Translations under genes and position numbers: made by a program
The notes under the pieces: model-generated
Databases searched by the model: none
The model's input: the letters and a program-made list of their open reading frames with translations, nothing else
Told to the model about the DNA's origin: nothing
Part shown: positions 54,165-61,944 of the stretch, in pieces
Numbering within the stretch: position 1 is the stretch's first letter
Layout of the letters: each line of letters begins with the position of its first letter
Assembly: GCA_964405425.1 (NCBI GenBank)
Contig: CAYONX010000003.1
Location: 152,916-216,915 of the forward strand
Direction: 5' to 3'
DNA length: 64,000 nucleotides
Origin: an uncultured Pirellulaceae bacterium
GTDB lineage: Bacteria > Planctomycetota > Planctomycetia > Pirellulales > Pirellulaceae

Positions 54165-54815
54165 ATGCCACTATTTACGAACGATCCACCAAGAACCCTT
54201 CGGCAGAGAATTTTTTATCGCTCTGTCCAGTGGATCACGCTGTGCATCTTTAAAATATTCTTCAATTACAAGTATCGCCACACAGATCGACTGCCTCTAA
54301 CGGGCGCCGCTTTGATATGTCCGAACCATTTTTCGCATTTGGATCCGATGGCCGTCGGGTGCATCGCCCCTCGTCGAGTAAGTTTTCTGGCTAAGAAGGC
54401 TCTTTGGAACAATAAATGGATTGGTAGAGGGCTCGACGGACTGGATTGCATCCAAATCGATCGCGAAGCGACTGGAATTGGAGGAATGAAGGCAACTCTG
54501 AAACGACTAAAAAAGGGTGAGTCGGTCGTTTTGTTTCCCGAAGGCGAGCGCAGCTTCGATGGCAATCTATTGCCGCTAATGACCGGATTCACGGCATTGG
54601 TTAAGCGAGTCAAAATACCCATCGTTCCCATCGGCATTTATGGGACCCATGAAGCGTGGGCACGAGGCGTTTCCAAGCCAAAAATGGGACGCGTGCGTGT
54701 GTACATCGGCCATCCCATTCCTTACAGCGACTTGGAAAACATGTCTGAACAAGAAATGGCAGACTTCGTCGGCAAAAAAATTGCTGAATGCTACGAAGAA
54801 GCCAAACTATTTTAA
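54165..54815 (+). CDS. 1-acyl-sn-glycerol-3-phosphate acyltransferase-like (PlsC family)
   Basis: HX4D motif NHFSHLD, FPEGERS, and IVPIGIYGT. The ATG at 54165 avoids an overlap with ftr. Confidence 0.8.
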   Translation: MPLFTNDPPRTLRQRIFYRSVQWITLCIFKIFFNYKYRHTDRLPLTGAALICPNHFSHLDPMAVGCIAPRRVSFLAKKALWNNKWIGRGLDGLDCIQIDREATGIGGMKATLKRLKKGESVVLFPEGERSFDGNLLPLMTGFTALVKRVKIPIVPIGIYGTHEAWARGVSKPKMGRVRVYIGHPIPYSDLENMSEQEMADFVGKKIAECYEEAKLF

Positions 54816-54880
54816 AAGCTTGTTCGGATGATGGGTATTTTGATTTGTTGCTCTCTTCAGGCAATCGCTCAAGATCAGCC

Positions 54881-55651
54881 CTACATCGCAAATCCAGCTT
54901 CTGTGTGAATCTGTTCAACGAGTCCGCCGTCCAGATTTAAGCTTTGTGCAAGCTCAGACAAATAGTTTCGATCTGCGGCATTATCAACTCCCGTAACTGC
55001 CAGCGATGCCAGATACAAATCGACGCCCATTTCCGTTGAATTGGACAGTCCTGCGATTCCAGCTGCGCCAGACGGGTTCGACATTTCGCTCATCAAAATC
55101 CCGGCCGATTGTTCTTCCAGGCCAGCGGACTGGATGTGGTTGTTGACGGCATCCTGTTCGTCGCCGCTGATCGAGCCGTCGGCCAGTGCAGCACTGACCA
55201 TCGCACGCAAAATCACTTCACTTCGTTGCGCAGCTTCATCGCCTTCGAGATTGGCGATCGATTGACCGTCGCTGGTAATCCCGTTTTGCTCTTTCCATTT
55301 TTCGTACGCTTTGAAGCCAACAGCGCCTAATGCTGCGACGCTTCCGACCTTGATCACTGGTGAAAGGATTTTTCGGCCCGATTTAGTGCCGACCAATAAA
55401 GCAAGAATTCCGCCCACAGCCGCCGTGGCACCAATCTTTTTGAATAGCTCATCACGCTCAGCTCCTGGAGGCGGCAACTCGACGTATTGCTCAAGCTGAT
55501 CTCCGATTTTGTCTTTAGCTTGCTCGACTCCGCCTTTGGCGTACTCCATTCCTTGTTCGGCCAATTCACGGCCACGAGCGGCAAGTTGCTTGCCCGAATT
55601 CATCAACTGTTCTAATAGTTCTTGCGCATTTATTTGTGTGTCGTTGCTCAT
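54881..55651 (-). CDS. TerB-like/DUF533 (YebE-like) protein
   Basis: GGAG 6 nt upstream of the ATG. Central TM-like AAVGGILALLVGTKSGRK...GSVAALGAVGFKAY. C-terminal ILRAMVSAALADGSISGDEQDAV...LASLAVTGVDNAADRNYL resembles the TerB fold of YebE. Confidence 0.65.
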   Translation of the reverse strand: MSNDTQINAQELLEQLMNSGKQLAARGRELAEQGMEYAKGGVEQAKDKIGDQLEQYVELPPPGAERDELFKKIGATAAVGGILALLVGTKSGRKILSPVIKVGSVAALGAVGFKAYEKWKEQNGITSDGQSIANLEGDEAAQRSEVILRAMVSAALADGSISGDEQDAVNNHIQSAGLEEQSAGILMSEMSNPSGAAGIAGLSNSTEMGVDLYLASLAVTGVDNAADRNYLSELAQSLNLDGGLVEQIHTEAGFAM

Positions 55652-55761
55652 TTGCGTCTCCAAAAAGTAATTGCTGCCAAAAGAATGCCGGCAGCGGCAG
55701 GCAGTTAACAGTATCGATTTAGTCAACAGCAGTCAACTTGGCCCTTTATTTGCAAATCAAT

Positions 55762-56133
55762 CTACTGCTGATCAAAAGGGACAGTTGTTTTAAAGCCCAT
55801 CTTGTTACACCGATAAATCGTATCACGTGGGTCTTCAAAAATATCCGCCAGCCGGCGCAACTCCTGCAAATCCCCGTCAGAAAGAAACAGAATCGCCCGC
55901 GTGAATTGCTCGTTGCCAACGTTAAGAGCTCGTTGACTAGCCGTTTCGACGATCGCCTGAGCAGTATCGCCTCTACGGAAATAGCCGTACTGGCGCGTAA
56001 TTTCATTCAGTACATCCTGCGGGACATCTTTCGATTCACGCTTGGAGTAACGGTTGACAATGTATGTAATTGACAAACCGGCGATCAACGAAAACAACAG
56101 AAATGTTCTCAGGGAAAATCGAAGCTTGCCCAT
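55762..56133 (-). CDS. Hypothetical small protein with an N-terminal signal anchor
   Basis: MGKLRFSLRTFLLFSLIAGLSITYIV is an N-terminal pattern recurrent in planctomycete hypothetical proteins. Confidence 0.45.
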   Translation of the reverse strand: MGKLRFSLRTFLLFSLIAGLSITYIVNRYSKRESKDVPQDVLNEITRQYGYFRRGDTAQAIVETASQRALNVGNEQFTRAILFLSDGDLQELRRLADIFEDPRDTIYRCNKMGFKTTVPFDQQ

Positions 56134-56142
56134 AAGTCGTCG

Positions 56143-57513
56143 TCAAATCGTTTCAACACTGACACTGGTTTTAACTTTTTCCTTACTGATTAACGCCGGC
56201 CAGTAACTGATCACATCAGTCGCTTTCGGCCGTCCACCGGCAAAACCAGTGACTCCCGGAGGACCGCTTGTAACCAATGGCACGATTTCCATACCCAATC
56301 GATTCAGTTTGTCCTTGTCATTTCCGCGAGCACCAATCCTTAGAATAACTTCCGCGGGCTCACTGGGAGCATCAAGGATACCCGCATGGCAAGCATTGGT
56401 ACCCACGATTTCAATGAAACGCTCGTCTTCACTAAATTCCGCACCATCCATTTTCGCTCGATCAAAAACGATATCGGCACACAATTTAGCTTTGTCGACC
56501 GCATCTGGACCGGCAACGGTTAGCTGGCCAAGGATCTTGTAGCCTTCGTGAAATGCAATTGAGACTTTGTAGGTGTCGGTTGCAGGCTTGCCTTTGATTC
56601 CAGAAATCTTGACTCGATCTTCTCCATCGGCTTGCAGCTGTATCGAAGTAAAATCTGCGACGCAATCCGGCGTGATGTAGTTGGCGGGATCGCCCATCTC
56701 GTAAACCAGTTGCGAAGTCACCGTTTCGACAGAAACCTTTCCGCCCGTGTTTTCATGTTTGGTCACAGCAAATGACCCGTCTGAATGGGCTTCGATTACC
56801 GGGTAACCGATTTTGGCCATATTCGGGATGTCGCGCCAATTCGCGTAGTTGCCGCCAGTACACTGAGCACCACATTCAACAATGTGACCGGCGATAGTCC
56901 CGGCAGCCATCTTGTCCATGTCGTCAAGCGACCAACCAAATTCGTAGCACAACGGAGCCAGCACAACCGAAGGATCGGTCGCGCGACCAGTGATCACAAT
57001 ATCTGCGCCCTGCTGTAATGCCTCAACGATCGGTTCGGCACCAATGTAAACGTTAGCCGTGCGGACCTGTTCCAGGTACGGAGCCAAAGGCTCACCGTTG
57101 TCCATGTTTCTAAATTCTTCGCCGCCATCGATCAACGATTTCAAATCGGCCAGGATATCGTCACCTTCGACGATACCAACTTTGACGCCGGAAATTCCCA
57201 GCTCACGAATCACATTGGCCACCGCTTTTCGACAGGCGATTGGGTTGACGCCACCAGCGTTGGCCACAATCTTGATTCCTTTTTCACGGCACTGTGGCAA
57301 TACGCGTTTGACCATCTGAACAAAATCGGTCGCATAGCCCATTTCCGGATTTCGGCTTTTGAGCTTCTGCATGATGCTCATGGTCACTTCCGCCAGATAA
57401 TCCAGCGTCAGATAATCCAGCGGCCCTTCGTTAACCAATCGGACGGGGCCAAGGATGCTGTCCCCCCAAAACCCTTGCCCATTTGCAATCAATATTTTTT
57501 CACGTTTTGACAT
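56143..57513 (-). CDS. AtuA-like DUF1446 protein (acyclic terpene utilisation family)
   Basis: N-terminus ILIANGQGFWGDSILGPVRLV...PLDYLTLDYLAEVTMSIM is characteristic of DUF1446/AtuA. ATG at 57513 preferred over the adjacent TTG. Confidence 0.8.
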   Translation of the reverse strand: MSKREKILIANGQGFWGDSILGPVRLVNEGPLDYLTLDYLAEVTMSIMQKLKSRNPEMGYATDFVQMVKRVLPQCREKGIKIVANAGGVNPIACRKAVANVIRELGISGVKVGIVEGDDILADLKSLIDGGEEFRNMDNGEPLAPYLEQVRTANVYIGAEPIVEALQQGADIVITGRATDPSVVLAPLCYEFGWSLDDMDKMAAGTIAGHIVECGAQCTGGNYANWRDIPNMAKIGYPVIEAHSDGSFAVTKHENTGGKVSVETVTSQLVYEMGDPANYITPDCVADFTSIQLQADGEDRVKISGIKGKPATDTYKVSIAFHEGYKILGQLTVAGPDAVDKAKLCADIVFDRAKMDGAEFSEDERFIEIVGTNACHAGILDAPSEPAEVILRIGARGNDKDKLNRLGMEIVPLVTSGPPGVTGFAGGRPKATDVISYWPALISKEKVKTSVSVETI

Positions 57514-57654
57514 CAATCTGTTCTTTCTGGAAAAAGTGCAACGATGCAGTGTACAACAGCAACCGAGTTTGGAAAACGTGCGGTCTTTAAGTGTTTACGA
57601 TTTACCGCATCATCGTAAAATCGTCCTTTTAAACCAATTGGTGAAACCAAAACC

Positions 57655-58458
57655 ATGTACGAATATATCGAAGTCGATTTTGCGGACGGTGTCGGCCGTT
57701 TGACACTGAACCGTCCAGACAAGCGAAATGCCCTGAAGCGGGATTTCATCACCGAGATTCATGCCGGGATCGAGCAATTGAAGGGACATGGATCGGATTT
57801 GCGGTGCTTTGTCCTGGCTGCCCACGGATCTGTATTTTGTGCCGGAATGGATCTGGGTGAAATGCAGGCACGGGCCGGGGCCGACGATGGAGCCGCCCAA
57901 CTGCAAAAGGACTCGGAAGTCTACTGCGACGTTCTGACTCAAATCGTACAGCTGGATGTGCCCACCGTTGCAGCGGTTTCCGGACCGGCACTGGCTGGCG
58001 GAATGGGGATGATTCTGGCATGTGATATTTTGATCGCCAGTGAAAACGCTTTCTTCATGTTGCCAGAACCAATGCGAGGCATCACAGCCGCAATGGTTAC
58101 ACCGCTACTGATTCACCGGATTGGCGCTGGACCGGCGAGCTACATGCTGCTTTCAGGCGAACGTGTCCCAGCCGCAGCGGCAGGGCAAATGAATTTGTGT
58201 CATGACGTCGTTCCAACTGAAGAATTCCCGAAACGAATCGATTCGCTGATCGCGGCAATTTTGACCGGCAGCCGAAGTGCACTGGCCATTACCAAACAAC
58301 ACATTGCCAGCAGCATCGACACCGATCTTGTTGAACAAATCAAAATGTCTGTCAGTGTGTCTGCACGAGCACGCGAAACGGAAGATGCCCAGGAAGGACT
58401 AGCTGCGTTTCTGGAAAAACGAAAACCAAATTGGCAACCAGCCGAAACCGGAACCTGA
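57655..58458 (+). CDS. Enoyl-CoA hydratase/isomerase (crotonase) family protein
   Basis: VGRLTLNRPDKRNAL, FCAGMDLGEM, and ALAGGMGMILACDI are typical crotonase-fold motifs. Confidence 0.85.
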   Translation: MYEYIEVDFADGVGRLTLNRPDKRNALKRDFITEIHAGIEQLKGHGSDLRCFVLAAHGSVFCAGMDLGEMQARAGADDGAAQLQKDSEVYCDVLTQIVQLDVPTVAAVSGPALAGGMGMILACDILIASENAFFMLPEPMRGITAAMVTPLLIHRIGAGPASYMLLSGERVPAAAAGQMNLCHDVVPTEEFPKRIDSLIAAILTGSRSALAITKQHIASSIDTDLVEQIKMSVSVSARARETEDAQEGLAAFLEKRKPNWQPAETGT

Positions 58459-58589
58459 GCCATCGATCCATGATTGGCTGACCCGCACTGAATCAAAGTC
58501 GCGCTGAAACAAAGAAAATTCGATTTCACTTGAGGGCTTGGTTGCTCTAAGTGTTTAAAGATTGCAAATACTAAAACGGAAATATCCAA

Positions 58590-59336
58590 ATGAGAAATAT
58601 TGACCTTACTGGAAAAACAGCCATCGTCACTGGAGGAGGGCAGGGCATTGGCCTGGCAACCTCGCTGTCCCTGCACAATGCCGGGGCGAACGTGGTGATA
58701 AATTACTTTCCCGACGACGCCAATAAAGCGATTGCTGAAAAAGTGGTCACAGATCTGGGCGAGCGAGCGATGATTGGTGAAGCGGATGTGCGAAATCCCG
58801 ATCAGTTGTCTGCCATGGTATCTGCAGCGGTTAAACAATATGGATCTCTGGACATTTTGGTCAATAACGCGGGCATTCTGCGCGATCGCAGCTTCAAAAA
58901 GATGAGCCAAAACGAATGGCAGGATGTAATCGACACCAATTTGACCGGTGTTTTCAACGGCTGTAAGGCAGCGATAGAGTCGTTGTCGGAAAACGGGGTG
59001 ATCGTCAATGTCGCCTCGCTTTCGGCTGTGACCGGCTTCTTTGGACAAGCAAATTATGCCTCGGCCAAAGCTGGCGTCATGACCCTGACCAAGGTTTTGA
59101 GCAGAGAACTCGCACGCAAGAACATTCGTGTCAATGCAGTCGCTCCCGGCGTGGTGGACACGGAAATGGGCAAGTCGATTCCAGAAGAGAACCGCAAGGC
59201 AATGCTGACCAATGTGCCCTTAGGCCGCTTCGCCGAGCCAAGTGAAATCGGCGATGTAGTTTTGTTCCTGTGCAGCGATCTATCGTCCTATGTCACCGGC
59301 CAGACAATTCACATTAATGGCGGCTGGTGGGCCTAG
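58590..59336 (+). CDS. Short-chain dehydrogenase/reductase (3-oxoacyl-ACP reductase-like)
   Basis: TGGGQGIG cofactor motif, NNAG, catalytic YASAKAG (YxxxK), and PGVVDT. Confidence 0.9.
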   Translation: MRNIDLTGKTAIVTGGGQGIGLATSLSLHNAGANVVINYFPDDANKAIAEKVVTDLGERAMIGEADVRNPDQLSAMVSAAVKQYGSLDILVNNAGILRDRSFKKMSQNEWQDVIDTNLTGVFNGCKAAIESLSENGVIVNVASLSAVTGFFGQANYASAKAGVMTLTKVLSRELARKNIRVNAVAPGVVDTEMGKSIPEENRKAMLTNVPLGRFAEPSEIGDVVLFLCSDLSSYVTGQTIHINGGWWA

Positions 59337-59341
59337 CGGTC

Positions 59342-59526
59342 AATGGCACTTACTTTAGGCACGAATCTCGATTGGTGAGTAGTTTAACGACAAGCCGGAA
59401 GGCGACCGTGTTTCCCTACCCAAGCCCAATCACCGACGCCTGCCGGCTAATCGTTAAACAGGACAAGCATCGTTCAGTTAGGGTTTTCGCTTTTGTGAAC
59501 ACAACAAATGTAAAGCAAGTGCCATT
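59342..59526. mobile_element. Candidate 185-bp non-autonomous (MITE-like) insertion flanked by a 12-bp direct repeat
   Basis: GGCCTAGCGGTC occurs at 59330-59341 and 59527-59538. Terminal inverted repeats CAATGGCACTTAC (59341-59353) and GCAAGTGCCATTG (59515-59527) match 12/13. No ORF. Contains an internal 78-nt imperfect hairpin. Confidence 0.35.
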
Positions 59527-59913
59527 GGCCTAGCGGTCCAGCGGGTGACCGCCGCCCTTCAGGTTCTCCAAACGTGCAGACAAACACTTTCGGCGGACTG
59601 TCCGCTGTGACAGCAAACCCAATTCGGCAAAGCAGCAAGCGATAGCAATTTCCTCATTATTGCTGGATTCAGCCAACGCCGTTTATGACAACATAAAGCA
59701 CCACTACCGACTTCATAATTCTCGCTATCCCGCGCCTCAAAAATAGCAGCAAATTTTGGGGAAAATGAGGCTTTATTTGGGATAATTTCCGCGCCGATGC
59801 GTATATATATGTGAACCCTAATGGCATAGTTTGCTCATTAAGGTTCAACGGGGAAACGGCCGAGCAAAGTGTTCTGCCCTCCAATCTTCAGGAATGTGAA
59901 TAGGGTTTTTATC

Positions 59914-60141
59914 ATGAAAATTGTCGAAATGATTTGCGGCAAGAATCAAGTTAAGTGCCCGCGATGTGGTAACCGACTCAAGCGAAACAAATTGAATCGG
60001 TCTTACATTAACCGCTGCTCTTCGGGCTGCGGAGTGTGGATTGACCAGGAACAACTGGACCAATTAGTGGGTATGAAAAAGCGTTACGAAGTCACTAATG
60101 ACTTGCCGGCGCAAATTGGGGATCGAAGCACAGCGGTCTAA
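59914..60141 (+). CDS. Small zinc-ribbon protein (zf-TFIIB-like)
   Basis: CPRCGNRL...CSSGCGVWIDQEQLDQL resembles the bacterial TFIIB-type zinc-ribbon family. Start at MKIVEM. Followed by a strong terminator. Confidence 0.6.
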   Translation: MKIVEMICGKNQVKCPRCGNRLKRNKLNRSYINRCSSGCGVWIDQEQLDQLVGMKKRYEVTNDLPAQIGDRSTAV

Positions 60142-60186
60142 TCGATCGCTGCACCGAAGTCCTCAATAAATCTTGAAAACTTGACT

Positions 60187-60229
60187 CCCTTGTTCGCCAT
60201 GGTTCACCATTGGCGGACAAGGGTTTTTT
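60187..60229 (+). terminator. Rho-independent terminator
   Basis: CCCTTGTTCGCCA...TGGCGGACAAGGG (a 13-bp stem including one G-U pair) followed by TTTTTT. Confidence 0.8.
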
Positions 60230-60302
60230 CTTGGATATTTTAAATGTCCACTGCGATCTCAATCAAGAAAACTGTCGCGCGAGGAACGGCCAGCATTTCT
60301 GC

Positions 60303-60929
60303 CTAATCCGGAAAAAAATACCCGATCTCATGGAATTCGTACGTAGCCTCAAATGGCTCATCCATATCATCATCCATGACTTGATCGATTTCCGTTTCAC
60401 AAACAATCCAGCCAACGCAATTATCGCTTCCGCAATGGCACTCGATAGCAGCGGACGCCGGCCAGTTGTAGGAGATGGATAGTTCGTCGCCTGGAAAGAT
60501 GTCTCGAATCGCTACCAAAAACAACCCACGATGCATTTCCTCAGAATCAGCTACGGGATGATCGAGGATTGTAAATTCGCAATTGGGTTCACAGCTATGA
60601 TTGACGAACCGAAATGGAGCAAAGGGCTCCAATTGCAAGCCGTTTTCGAAATCGAAAGTGTATTCCGAAGTTGCTTCTGACTCATGAACCAGTTTCCCTT
60701 TGATTTCGCCAACGATAACGGACGTTGGATAAGGTCTGGTCGCAAAAACGCCTTTGCCCACGTGGGTTTCTTCAATTCGAACGTAATGCAATTCCGAATC
60801 ATCGTCCTCGGTAATGTCAAACAGCATGCTTGCTCGCAGAGAAATATTGGCCAACAAGCTAAAATCATGCTCGACATGATCAGCAGCGTCAATCGTCAAA
60901 TCAATTTTGGTCCTATTGAAGACCTTCAA
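60303..60929 (-). CDS. SET-domain protein (putative lysine methyltransferase); start uncertain (TTG 60929 or ATG 60827)
   Basis: GKGVFATRPY, RFVNHSCEPNCEF, GDELSISY and a post-SET-like CHCGSDNCVG. Acidic C-terminal tail. Confidence 0.8.
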   Translation of the reverse strand: MKVFNRTKIDLTIDAADHVEHDFSLLANISLRASMLFDITEDDDSELHYVRIEETHVGKGVFATRPYPTSVIVGEIKGKLVHESEATSEYTFDFENGLQLEPFAPFRFVNHSCEPNCEFTILDHPVADSEEMHRGLFLVAIRDIFPGDELSISYNWPASAAIECHCGSDNCVGWIVCETEIDQVMDDDMDEPFEATYEFHEIGYFFPD

Positions 60930-61866
60930 GAATATCTGCAGCCGTCATACGCTGTGCATCACCGGCCAATTCATTCAACCTTTGATTTACGCTTGCCGCC
61001 TGGCCAACCGATTTGGCGATGTCGACGATCGCACCTTCAATCCATGGTGTTTCCAAAGGCTTACCACGCTGAAGACTTTGCCACGTCGAACCGCCTTCGC
61101 GCTTCTGACCGTCGATTGGGGCCAAAGCAATTGATTTGCACCGCTTGAGAAATTCATCGGTCTCAACGCGGTCGATACCGGCTACCGTCAACACTCGCTC
61201 CGCTTCTTCACGCGCAAGGGCGGCCACCGCTTTCCAATCGTCGATGACCAAAGCTTGTGCTGTATTACCGACATTGGTGACCAACTTTGCATATTTCCAC
61301 CGCATGATGTCGTTGCGCTGAACCGAATCAAAACCGGCGCCTGCCAACGTACTGGCGATTTGAAGGCACAATGAGTGCCGAATCTCGTTCGCTTGTTCAT
61401 TGGTGACCGTGCCGACATCCAAAATCCCCGGACAACCCTTGCCATAAACACGAAAATCGCCGCGCTGCATGTGTGTCGACGGCATCCATATCATCAACCC
61501 AAAAACCGCCTCAAATCGCTCAAGCGCCCATGCTTCGCCCTGAATTCCATTGCTCGCACAAACCACCGGCAATTGCCCGCCCGCTGCATTTTTTAATTCG
61601 TCCAAAGTTTGCTGGGCATCATTGAGTTTGGTTGCGACCACCGCAACATCGCCCTGTCTCCAATCAACGTCCCCAATCCCAGCAAAAATTTCTGGCCTGG
61701 CATGAATTTGGCGGTCAGGAAATTGAACGGACAATCCATGTTCACGGTAGTGAAGCGCGTCATTCGGCCGAGTAACCAACCCGGTACTGAAACCGGAATT
61801 TTCGACGGCCGCGGCGATGGTACCACCAATAGCTCCGGCCCCGACAACGATTAATCGCAGCATCAC
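60913..61866 (-). CDS. Ketopantoate reductase (ApbA/PanE) family oxidoreductase
   Basis: N-terminal Rossmann LIVVGAGAIGG. Length and C-terminal helical domain are consistent with the family. Substrate not inferable. Confidence 0.75.
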   Translation of the reverse strand: MMLRLIVVGAGAIGGTIAAAVENSGFSTGLVTRPNDALHYREHGLSVQFPDRQIHARPEIFAGIGDVDWRQGDVAVVATKLNDAQQTLDELKNAAGGQLPVVCASNGIQGEAWALERFEAVFGLMIWMPSTHMQRGDFRVYGKGCPGILDVGTVTNEQANEIRHSLCLQIASTLAGAGFDSVQRNDIMRWKYAKLVTNVGNTAQALVIDDWKAVAALAREEAERVLTVAGIDRVETDEFLKRCKSIALAPIDGQKREGGSTWQSLQRGKPLETPWIEGAIVDIAKSVGQAASVNQRLNELAGDAQRMTAADILEGLQ

Positions 61867-61944
61867 AGTTTTTCCAATCGTCCACTTCCAAACATCATTG
61901 CTTCGACGGCACCTGCTCGACGAAAGTTCTTGACCGATTCCATA

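Noticed and set aside
58200-59048. 282-aa minus-strand ORF spanning the crotonase/SDR junction
   Set aside because: Overlaps two well-supported plus-strand genes and the intergenic gap between them. No recognisable domain.
59592-59604. Palindrome GCGGAC-T-GTCCGC in the long intergenic region
   Set aside because: It is short (6-1-6) and occurs once. It could be an operator, but there is nothing to link it to a regulator, so it is not reported as a finding.
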